A stretch of 64,000 nucleotides of DNA, taken from Bacteroidales bacterium. Lineage in GTDB: Bacteria > Bacteroidota > Bacteroidia > Bacteroidales > UBA932. The translations under genes and the position numbers were made by a program. Location of the stretch: positions 90,567 through 154,566 of the forward strand of contig JAFUFP010000045.1 of NCBI GenBank assembly GCA_017469845.1. Reading direction: 5' to 3'. This document shows positions 56,422 through 64,000 of the stretch, piece by piece; position 1 is the first letter of the stretch; every line of letters starts with the position of its first letter. The notes under the pieces are model-generated. The model worked only from the letters and a program-made list of their open reading frames with translations. It had not been told where the DNA came from and did no database searches.

Positions 56422-59292
56422 ATGAAAATAAGATCAACAGCAACAATATTCGCGGGTATTCTCCTGCTCTTCGCCTCTTCGTGCTCCGGTGTTTCCATCT
56501 CCCCGGTGGACCTCAGGTGCGAATACATGGAGAATCCCCGTGCGGTGGATGCAGCCTCCCCCTCCCTTTCATGGGTCAACGCCCCGGCAAAGGGAGCCAA
56601 GGGAGCTGCCCAGACAGCATACATGATAGAGGTCGCATCCTCAAGGGACGCCCTTGAAAAAGGATTGGCCGATCTATGGAAAAGCGGAAAGGTGGAATCC
56701 CCCTCATCCGTCAGAATACCCTACTCGGGAGAAGCCCTCACGAGCGGCCAGGACTGCTGGTGGAGAGTGAAGGTATGGGACGAAAACGGCAAGGAATCCT
56801 CCTGGAGTTCACCCGCATACTGGGGTATGGGCATCATCGACAAAAACCTCTGGGCCGCCGAATGGATCGGAGCGCCCTGGCAGGGTGAGGAAACCTACAA
56901 GAAAGTCGAACTCGAAAAGCCTTTCAACCTTCCTCCCGGAATGAGCATGGAGGCTTTCCTGAAGATCGTCCAGATGTACATGGACCATCCTTCGTCCCGT
57001 GGGGACATCATGAGGCAGAACGGAGCCGGAGAAGGCCGTCCCGCGGGCGGAGCCGCCCAGCAGCAGCCCCAGGATCCTGCCTGGGAGATGGCGAGGACCA
57101 GGGTCCCCGAAATCGTCCAGACCCCCGCTCCCCTTCTCAGAAAGACCTTCACTGTCGGTCCTGACGTCGAATCCGCCAAGGCTTTCGTCGTCGGATTGGG
57201 ATATTTCGAGTTCTATTTCAACGGGGAGAAAATCGGGAACGACGTCCTGATGCCCAACCAGACGAACTACTCCGAAAGGCCGATAGTCGGACAGTACGGC
57301 CCGACGAACGACCATATCTTCCGCAACTACAGGATTCTGTACACGGCATTCGACCTTACCGACAAGGTGGTTGAAGGGAAGAACGCCGCTGGAGCCATCC
57401 TCGGTGAAGGGTTCTACAACGCCACCGGAACTTACCAGATACCTTTCGGTTCTTCAAGGTTCCTCTGCCAGATCCAGATCCGCTACAAGGACGGCAGCAC
57501 CCAGATCGTCTGCTCGGACGGCAGCTGGAAAGCCAAGGCTTCACCCATCCTCGTGAACGGAGTGTTCGAAGGAGAGGTCTACGACGCCTCCAAAGAGGAT
57601 CCCCAGTGGGCGACAGCCCAGTACGACGACTCCTCTTGGGAGAACGTGGCGCTGAGAAAGACTCCCACCGGAGAACTCACCGCCCACACTTCGCCAGGTG
57701 ATGTTGTCTACGACACCCTCTCCCCTGTCAGTGTCCGGAAGAACGAAGACGGCAGCTTCGAAGTGGATTTCGGGGCAGAAATAACAGGTTGGGTGAGGTT
57801 CCGCGGAGTCGAAGCCCAGAAGGGCGACACCCTCAAGGTCACCTACACCAACGACCAGCTCACCTCAACGAACCTCTACATCTTCGGAGATGAAAAGATG
57901 ACTGACTACGCCCCCCGCTTCACCTGGTTCACGTTCAGCAAAGTGAACGTATCGGGCGTTGAGAATCTTGACCCCGGAATGATGACAGCGGAATGGGTCT
58001 GCACAAATTTGCCGAAGGTGGCTTCGTTCTCCTCTTCAGAGACCCTCCTCGGTCAGATAAACGACATCTGGAAGAGAAGCCAGCTGGACAACATCCACGG
58101 AGGAGTTCCAAGCGACTGTCCCCACAGGGAAAGGTCCGGTTACACCGGAGACGGACTCCTGTCGGCTTCCGCCGTCATGGAGAATTTCGACGCTGCCGCC
58201 TTCTACCGCAAATGGATCCGTGACATAGCCGACTGCCAGAATACCGAAACCGGCCATGTGCCCAACGTCGCTCCCACCAACAACGGAGCCGGAGGCATCG
58301 GTTGGGGCGCAGCCATCTGCGTGGTTCCCTGGGAGCATTACATCCACTACGGAGACAAGGACATACTGGAGGACAACTATTTCGCAATGAAGGAATACGT
58401 AAGGTACATGTGTTCACTCATGGGAGAGGACGGAGTCATCGACTCGACCAAGGATCCCGACGCCGCCGCGAATGTCGGCATCATGGGAAGCCTCGGCGAC
58501 TGGTGCCCTCCCTACGAGAACCCCGACAGGGTCCTTGTCCACCAGTTCTATTTCTGGAAATGCGCCTCGATCTGCGCCAAGACCGCCGCTCTGATGGGCA
58601 ACGATGAAGAAGCGAAGACGTATTCATCCATGGCCCAGCAGCTCCGGGAGGCTCTCATAAAGAGATTCTACAAAGAGGACGAGGGAACATTCGGACCATT
58701 CGGAGCGAACGTGTTCGCCCTCGAGATGGGACTTCCCGCCGATATGGCCGCAAAAGTCGCCGAATCTCTCCGCAAGGAAATAGTCGACGAGCATGACGGT
58801 CACATCATCACCGGAATCTTCGGCACGAGGTACCTTTTCAAGGTCCTCTCCGACAACGGAATGAGTGATGTCGCCCTCGGCGCCCTCCTCAAAACCGACT
58901 TCCCTTCGTTCGGACACTGGATCGAGCAGGGAGCCACGACGACATGGGAGAACTGGAACGGAAGCGGTTCACACAACCACCCCATGTTCGGAGGCGGACT
59001 CACATGGCTCTACAACTACATGGCGGGCATCCGTCCTGACGAGAACGACCCGGGATACCGCCACATCATAATCGCCCCCGCGCAGATAAGCGGAGACTAC
59101 ACAGCCGACTACTCCTACGACAGCATCTACGGCAAGGTGTCTTCATCGGTCAGGAGCGGCGGAGATACTTTCTCGGTCCAGGTCACCATTCCCGTGGGAT
59201 GCGACGCGACACTCATCATGCCCTATTCGGGAGAAAAACATGAACTGACCCAGGGCACTTACAAATTTTCAACAAAGAAGACATCAAAATGA
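56422..59292 (+). CDS. GH78 alpha-L-rhamnosidase-family lipoprotein (paralog of 25666..28473)
   Basis: Lipobox ASSC; PAPLLRKTF, SDCPHRERSGYTGD and W.NWNGSGSHNHPMFG. Confidence 0.9.
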   Translation: MKIRSTATIFAGILLLFASSCSGVSISPVDLRCEYMENPRAVDAASPSLSWVNAPAKGAKGAAQTAYMIEVASSRDALEKGLADLWKSGKVESPSSVRIPYSGEALTSGQDCWWRVKVWDENGKESSWSSPAYWGMGIIDKNLWAAEWIGAPWQGEETYKKVELEKPFNLPPGMSMEAFLKIVQMYMDHPSSRGDIMRQNGAGEGRPAGGAAQQQPQDPAWEMARTRVPEIVQTPAPLLRKTFTVGPDVESAKAFVVGLGYFEFYFNGEKIGNDVLMPNQTNYSERPIVGQYGPTNDHIFRNYRILYTAFDLTDKVVEGKNAAGAILGEGFYNATGTYQIPFGSSRFLCQIQIRYKDGSTQIVCSDGSWKAKASPILVNGVFEGEVYDASKEDPQWATAQYDDSSWENVALRKTPTGELTAHTSPGDVVYDTLSPVSVRKNEDGSFEVDFGAEITGWVRFRGVEAQKGDTLKVTYTNDQLTSTNLYIFGDEKMTDYAPRFTWFTFSKVNVSGVENLDPGMMTAEWVCTNLPKVASFSSSETLLGQINDIWKRSQLDNIHGGVPSDCPHRERSGYTGDGLLSASAVMENFDAAAFYRKWIRDIADCQNTETGHVPNVAPTNNGAGGIGWGAAICVVPWEHYIHYGDKDILEDNYFAMKEYVRYMCSLMGEDGVIDSTKDPDAAANVGIMGSLGDWCPPYENPDRVLVHQFYFWKCASICAKTAALMGNDEEAKTYSSMAQQLREALIKRFYKEDEGTFGPFGANVFALEMGLPADMAAKVAESLRKEIVDEHDGHIITGIFGTRYLFKVLSDNGMSDVALGALLKTDFPSFGHWIEQGATTTWENWNGSGSHNHPMFGGGLTWLYNYMAGIRPDENDPGYRHIIIAPAQISGDYTADYSYDSIYGKVSSSVRSGGDTFSVQVTIPVGCDATLIMPYSGEKHELTQGTYKFSTKKTSK

Positions 59293-60182
59293 AAACAACA
59301 TATCTTTCACTGTGCTTTCTGGCGGCGGCGACAATGACACTCGGCGTCTCCTGCGAAAAGGAAGAATCCTTCACTCTCGAGGATACCGTATATATGGACA
59401 AGGTCCTCCTCGCCCAAGGGGAAGGATTCAACGATGAACTTTATTCATTCGACATGGAATTCGCCGGCGAAGGAGTTTCCGGACAGAACGGGTCCTACAC
59501 CGGAACGGGTGAAGTCGTGTCCCTGAAAATGTTCGGAAGCAAATACTATCTCGACGCTTCCATCTATTCCCCCGTTGAGGCGGGAGGAGAAAAGGACTAC
59601 TCATACCGTATTGACGAGTCCCGTTACTACACGGTGTCCAACGGTCAGGTCACCGAAAAGAAGATATCCAAAGGATACGTCAACATAACGAAAGAGGACA
59701 ACAGCTACAGGATCGGCTCCACACTCACCCTTGAAAACGGTGAAACACTGAAATTCATCGCACACAGCGACATTATCTTCCCCAAGCTCCCGAAATACAA
59801 GTACATGGGTAACTTCATCCAGGCCTATGACGCCGGAGAAGTGTACATCGTGGAATTCGCGAACGGAACGGCCAAGATGGGTGACGGCAAGATGGAAGGC
59901 AGCGGTACCGTGGTGCACATCGAGTGGCCCGGCCTTCATTCCCTTGAGGACGGAGTCTACGCTCCCGGCGACTACAAGAAGGGATTCCTCAACGACACCT
60001 ACGCCGCCTGGGGTGCGGTTTGGGACGAGGGATCGAGATTTCATGAAATCGCTGATGGAAACCAGTCCACAAGCGGCTATATCACCGATGCGACGATAAC
60101 CGTAAGCACTCTCGCCGACTCGGCGAGAAGGATAGAAGTCGACATGGACGACGTGGTGTACATCTACGAAGGACACCTATAG
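59289..60182 (+). CDS. Hypothetical lipoprotein (PUL-associated)
   Basis: Lipobox GVSC; overlaps the GH78 stop by 4 nt; beta-rich sequence. Confidence 0.75.
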   Translation: MKTTYLSLCFLAAATMTLGVSCEKEESFTLEDTVYMDKVLLAQGEGFNDELYSFDMEFAGEGVSGQNGSYTGTGEVVSLKMFGSKYYLDASIYSPVEAGGEKDYSYRIDESRYYTVSNGQVTEKKISKGYVNITKEDNSYRIGSTLTLENGETLKFIAHSDIIFPKLPKYKYMGNFIQAYDAGEVYIVEFANGTAKMGDGKMEGSGTVVHIEWPGLHSLEDGVYAPGDYKKGFLNDTYAAWGAVWDEGSRFHEIADGNQSTSGYITDATITVSTLADSARRIEVDMDDVVYIYEGHL

Positions 60183-60203
60183 AAAAGAACTTGAACTTAA
60201 AAG

Positions 60204-60236
60204 AAAGGGGCGGGAAATGAATCCTGCCCCTTTTTT
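60204..60236. terminator. Bidirectional terminator
   Basis: aaaggggcggga-aatgaa-tcctgcccctttt with A and T tracts on the two sides. Confidence 0.75.
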
Positions 60237-60261
60237 GCATCCTCCTCCGACAACCTTTCCG

Positions 60262-61089
60262 TCATTTTGACGTCAGGAATTCCCTCGTAAGATGGGCGGG
60301 AAGGGATACATCCTCGGGAAAAGTGTGCGAAAGTCCCTCCAGAGGGACATATTTGACGTTTTTGAGATAGCTTGTATACGCTTCGGCGTCGCGGATCAGG
60401 TCCTTTCCGTCCGAGAGTCCCTGAAGGATGAGAACGGGGCCGTCATACTTCGACGTCCTCCCGTAAACATCCATATCCCTCGCCGAGAGAAGGTAGTTCT
60501 TCCCAAGGTGCGTACCCTTCCAGAAGTCGATGTACTCGGGCAGTTCTCCGGTGGAGAAATCTATTCCGAACATCGAGCCGCTCTGCGCCATTGTGCATAT
60601 GCATGCGGCGGGCGCCAGAAGGACAACCTTGGATATCTTGTCCTTACCGAGTTCTCCGGCGAGAATCCCCGCCTCCAGTCCTCCCTGGGAGTGTCCGACA
60701 AGATATATCGCGTCCCTATCCACCCAATCGAGCGAACGGACATAATCGAAGATCGCCAAAGCGTCCTCAAACTCATTGTCCAGCGTCATATTGACGAATT
60801 CACCGCCGGATTCCCCGTGACCGTTGAAATCGAACTTCGCTGTAGCTATTCCCGCGGCATTGAGAGAATCGGCCACGGCCACAAGATGGGGCTCATTCCT
60901 GTCCCCGGTGAGACCGTGGAGTATGATGGCCATGGGCACCTTCCCGGAAGAAGATGCGGGACGGTCGATATCTCCCACAAGAAGGGCGGTAGCGTCAACG
61001 GAGACCTTTTCGTGCAAAGGTTCAAGTCCCCTTCCGCATCCGACAAGGAGGAGAAGAGGAAGAATAACTGTCAGCGGAAACTTTTTCAT
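60262..61089 (-). CDS. Alpha/beta hydrolase lipoprotein, cinnamoyl/feruloyl-esterase-like
   Basis: Lipobox LVGC; ILHGLTG, FDFNGHGESGG, GHSQGG and GLSH. Confidence 0.8.
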   Translation of the reverse strand: MKKFPLTVILPLLLLVGCGRGLEPLHEKVSVDATALLVGDIDRPASSSGKVPMAIILHGLTGDRNEPHLVAVADSLNAAGIATAKFDFNGHGESGGEFVNMTLDNEFEDALAIFDYVRSLDWVDRDAIYLVGHSQGGLEAGILAGELGKDKISKVVLLAPAACICTMAQSGSMFGIDFSTGELPEYIDFWKGTHLGKNYLLSARDMDVYGRTSKYDGPVLILQGLSDGKDLIRDAEAYTSYLKNVKYVPLEGLSHTFPEDVSLPAHLTREFLTSK

Positions 61090-61247
61090 AAACGGAAATT
61101 GTATTCACAAAAATAGCCAAGTCTTCCCGTTATTCAAAAAAGATTCGGCCGTCGGGGATGATTTCGTTTTCCCGGAATTGTATTTCTGAGCGAATATTTC
61201 CAACTTTATGGCCGGAAAACAAAACCGCAACAAACCAAACCGAATCA

Positions 61248-63578
61248 ATGATGAAAAAAATTCTCACCATGGCCCTGCTTTCCCTTATCGGGAACTGCGC
61301 ATTCGCCCAGTTCACATGGGAAAGAGGTTCCAAAATCGACGTTTCCTGCTCCGAAGGGGAACACGTGATGATCGGAACCACCCTCGAGATCCTCGACCAT
61401 GACAGCCGTCTCGTCCTCGGAGAAGGCATCAACGTTGTCCGCAGCGGCGGCAAGATCGTCGTCGGCACCGTAGGTGAAAGTTCCCTGCTTTCCGGGATAG
61501 ACACTTCTCCCCTTTCCGGCAAGAAGGAAGGCTTCATGCTGAAAGTTCTTGACAACGGAACCCTCTACATAGTCGGAAGCGATTCCCACGGAACCGCCTA
61601 CGGAATCATCGAACTTACCCGCCTTCTTGGTGTATCCCCCTGGGAATACTGGGCGGACGTGACGCCAAGGACGATGGACCGTCTCACCCTCCCGAAGGGA
61701 TACCTAAACGTGCAGAGCCCATCCGTGGAATTCAGGGGCATATTCATAAACGACGAGGACTGGGGTCTCACCAGGTGGAACAGCCGTGACTACGAGCCCC
61801 CTTACCGCCCCACCCGTCCCGCGATAGGACCGGACAAGAACGGCAAGATCTTCGAGCTTCTCCTCCGTCTGAGGGCCAACACCTTCTGGCCCGCCATGCA
61901 TGAAAGCAACCAGGCTTTCTTCCTCACCCCCGGAAACCGTGAAGTGGCCGAGAAATACGGCATCTACATCGGCAGCTCCCACTGCGAGCCCATGGCCTGC
62001 AACGCCGCCGTCGAATGGACAAAACGCGGAAAGGGCGAATACGACTTCGTGAACAACCGCGAAGGAGTCATGGAGTTCTGGGAAGACAGGGTCAAGGAAG
62101 TGGCCGGTCAGGAGATCTTCTACACCGTCGGAATGAGGGGACTCCACGACTGGGGAATGGCCGGAGCGAATACCGTCGAGGAAAGGAAAGTCGCCCTCAC
62201 CCATGTCATCGCCGCGCAGAGGGAACTCCTCTCAAAGTACGTCGACAAGGACGTCACGAAGGTACCCCAGATGTTCATCCCCTACAAGGAGGTTCTCGAC
62301 GTGTACAACGCCGGACTCGAAGTCCCCGATGACGTCACCCTGATGTGGCCCGACGACAACTTCGGCTACGTTACTCACTACCCTACCGACAAGGAGCGTG
62401 AGCGCTCCGGCGGCAACGGAATCTACTACCACGTCTCCTACTGGGGTGTCCCCCACGATTACCTGTGGCTCGGGACATTCAGCCCGGGGCTCCTTTTCCA
62501 GCAGATGAACAAGGCATACGACTACGGCGTGAAGAAGATCTGGATCCTGAACGTCGGCGACATAAAGCCCATCGAATACCAGACCGAACTCTTCCTCGAC
62601 ATGGCCTGGAACATAGACAAAGTGAGGGAAGAAGGCCCCACCGCCCATCTTGGGCAGTTCCTCGAGCGTGAATTCGGTCCCGAAGCGGGAAAAGAGCTTC
62701 TTCCGGTCATGACCGAGCACTACCGCCTCGCGTTCATACGTAAACCCGAGCACATGGGAAACACCTATGTCTACTACCCCGACCGTCTAGAAGTGAAAGA
62801 CCTTCCCTGGAGCGAGAATACCGTAAGGGAAAGGATATCCGACTACAAGGCGATTTCCGACATGGCAGAGAAGATCGGAAAGACCATGCCCTATGACAGG
62901 GAGGACGCCTACTTCCACCTCGTCAAATACCCCGTCCAGGCCGCTACACAGATGAACAACAAGTTCCTCCGCGCGCAGCTGGCACGCCACGGAAGGGGCG
63001 ACTGGAGGGAAAGCGACGCGGCGTTCGACTCCATCGCGCGCCTTACCAGCATCTACAACTACGGCATCCACAACGGAGGCAAGTGGAAGAGGATGATGGA
63101 CTTCCAGCCCAGGAAGCTTCCCGTTTTCGAAATCGTCCCCATGGAAACTGTCGACACCCCGATGGTTGAGGACAGCAAGGTTCAGTACTCCTTCAACGCG
63201 ATGGACTTCGAAAAAGGAAAGGCCACGCCTCAGGACATGCTGGGATACGAAGGGAAAGCCGCGGCATACCCTCAGGGAGCACAGCAGAGTTTCTCAGTCG
63301 GAAAGGTAAGCGGGGACAGCATCAGGGTCAGAGTTGCCTTCATCCCCTCCTTCCCCGTCGGCGTCAAGGAAATCCGCCTCTCCGTGAAAATGGACAAGCA
63401 ACCGGAACAGATCATCTCCTACGGCACTTCCTGGCACTCAGGGGAATGGTGCGAGAATGTCCTTACCAACCGCTCCCTCAAGGAAGTGTCCTTCCCCAAT
63501 GACGGAAAAGCGAAGCACACCCTCATCCTTCAGGCCCTCGACGACGGAGTCGTTGTGGACAAGATAGAGATAGAGTGA
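61248..63578 (+). CDS. GH115 alpha-glucuronidase family
   Basis: Signal peptide; GSD.HGTAYG, GVSPW.YWADV, RGIFINDEDWG, ANTFWPAMH, SHCEPM, DDNFGY and NVGDIKP.E. Confidence 0.92.
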   Translation: MMKKILTMALLSLIGNCAFAQFTWERGSKIDVSCSEGEHVMIGTTLEILDHDSRLVLGEGINVVRSGGKIVVGTVGESSLLSGIDTSPLSGKKEGFMLKVLDNGTLYIVGSDSHGTAYGIIELTRLLGVSPWEYWADVTPRTMDRLTLPKGYLNVQSPSVEFRGIFINDEDWGLTRWNSRDYEPPYRPTRPAIGPDKNGKIFELLLRLRANTFWPAMHESNQAFFLTPGNREVAEKYGIYIGSSHCEPMACNAAVEWTKRGKGEYDFVNNREGVMEFWEDRVKEVAGQEIFYTVGMRGLHDWGMAGANTVEERKVALTHVIAAQRELLSKYVDKDVTKVPQMFIPYKEVLDVYNAGLEVPDDVTLMWPDDNFGYVTHYPTDKERERSGGNGIYYHVSYWGVPHDYLWLGTFSPGLLFQQMNKAYDYGVKKIWILNVGDIKPIEYQTELFLDMAWNIDKVREEGPTAHLGQFLEREFGPEAGKELLPVMTEHYRLAFIRKPEHMGNTYVYYPDRLEVKDLPWSENTVRERISDYKAISDMAEKIGKTMPYDREDAYFHLVKYPVQAATQMNNKFLRAQLARHGRGDWRESDAAFDSIARLTSIYNYGIHNGGKWKRMMDFQPRKLPVFEIVPMETVDTPMVEDSKVQYSFNAMDFEKGKATPQDMLGYEGKAAAYPQGAQQSFSVGKVSGDSIRVRVAFIPSFPVGVKEIRLSVKMDKQPEQIISYGTSWHSGEWCENVLTNRSLKEVSFPNDGKAKHTLILQALDDGVVVDKIEIE

Positions 63579-63601
63579 CGCTCCACTGGAGCATTTGAAA
63601 T

Positions 63602-63634
63602 ATGGCCGCCTGAACCTGAAGTCCTGGCGGCCAT
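63602..63634. terminator. Probable terminator between convergent genes
   Basis: atggccgcc...ggcggccat 9-bp stem. Confidence 0.5.
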
Positions 63635-63678
63635 TATTGTATTTCAGATATGGAGGTCTTCCCAAAAAAGGAAAAGGA

Positions 63679-64000
63679 CTATTTGGGGAACATCCTTATG
63701 GCGAGCATGGTAAGGTCATCACTCTGCTCGGCGTCACCGACGAAGAGCGAGACATTGCCTCCCACTTTCGCGACAATTTCCTGAGCGGAAAGGTCGGTCG
63801 TGATTCCGGAAAGGACCCTATGGAGTCTGGCTTCACCGTAAAGTGAGGAATCGCTTCTGGTCGCTTCCGTGAGACCGTCGGTATAAAGGAAAAGGGTTTC
63901 ACCGGCCTTAAGGGATGACTTCTGCAGGGTGTAACTCCAATCGGGGATGATACCGATGGCGACATTCGGGTCGGCGTCCATGAAGATAGGCTTCCCTTCG
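63679..64000 (-). CDS. Partial SpoIIE/PP2C phosphatase (C-terminus only; 5' part lies outside the window)
   Basis: Frame open to the window edge (EGKPIFMDADPN...); LFLYTDGLTEA and QSDDLTML motifs. Confidence 0.85.
   Translation of the reverse strand, partial: EGKPIFMDADPNVAIGIIPDWSYTLQKSSLKAGETLFLYTDGLTEATRSDSSLYGEARLHRVLSGITTDLSAQEIVAKVGGNVSLFVGDAEQSDDLTMLAIRMFPK

Noticed and set aside
281-63846. The many long antisense or alternate-frame ORFs in the ORF track (e.g. 957..1814, 2980..4134, 12951..14285, 42035..43165)
   Set aside because: They overlap well-supported genes and are expected shadows of GC-rich coding sequence; none has a recognisable motif.

Overview
A GC-rich 64 kb chromosomal window from an anaerobic Bacteroidales-type organism. 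The taxonomy is inferred from the SusC/SusD pair, a hybrid two-component system and TAnnTTTG -7 promoter boxes. It holds housekeeping genes (pdxA, recG, cutC, pyruvate:ferredoxin oxidoreductase, fabD, thrB-thrC) and many carbohydrate/ester-processing genes: two GH78, GH3, GH92, GH125, GH115, seven alpha/beta-hydrolase domains, and one PUL whose susD carries an in-frame TGA. Small AT-rich islets include an antitoxin-YafQ pair, an AbiEi-like antitoxin with a decayed toxin, an XRE gene between duplicated hairpins, and an AAA ATPase between 56-bp direct repeats. Two candidates stand out as uncharacterised systems. (1) A tightly coupled six-gene operon at 29594-35953: small alarmone synthetase, small alarmone hydrolase, APH-fold kinase, Cache/PP2C/RsbW-kinase fusion, STAS protein and K+/H+ antiporter. 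It looks like a partner-switching cascade linked to (p)ppGpp, with no sigma factor nearby. (2) An Na+/Pi cotransporter fused in frame to an OmpR/PhoB-type DNA-binding domain without a receiver domain (44364-46319). No rRNA, tRNA, CRISPR array, integrase or transposase was recognised. All family calls come from motif recognition by eye, not database searches.
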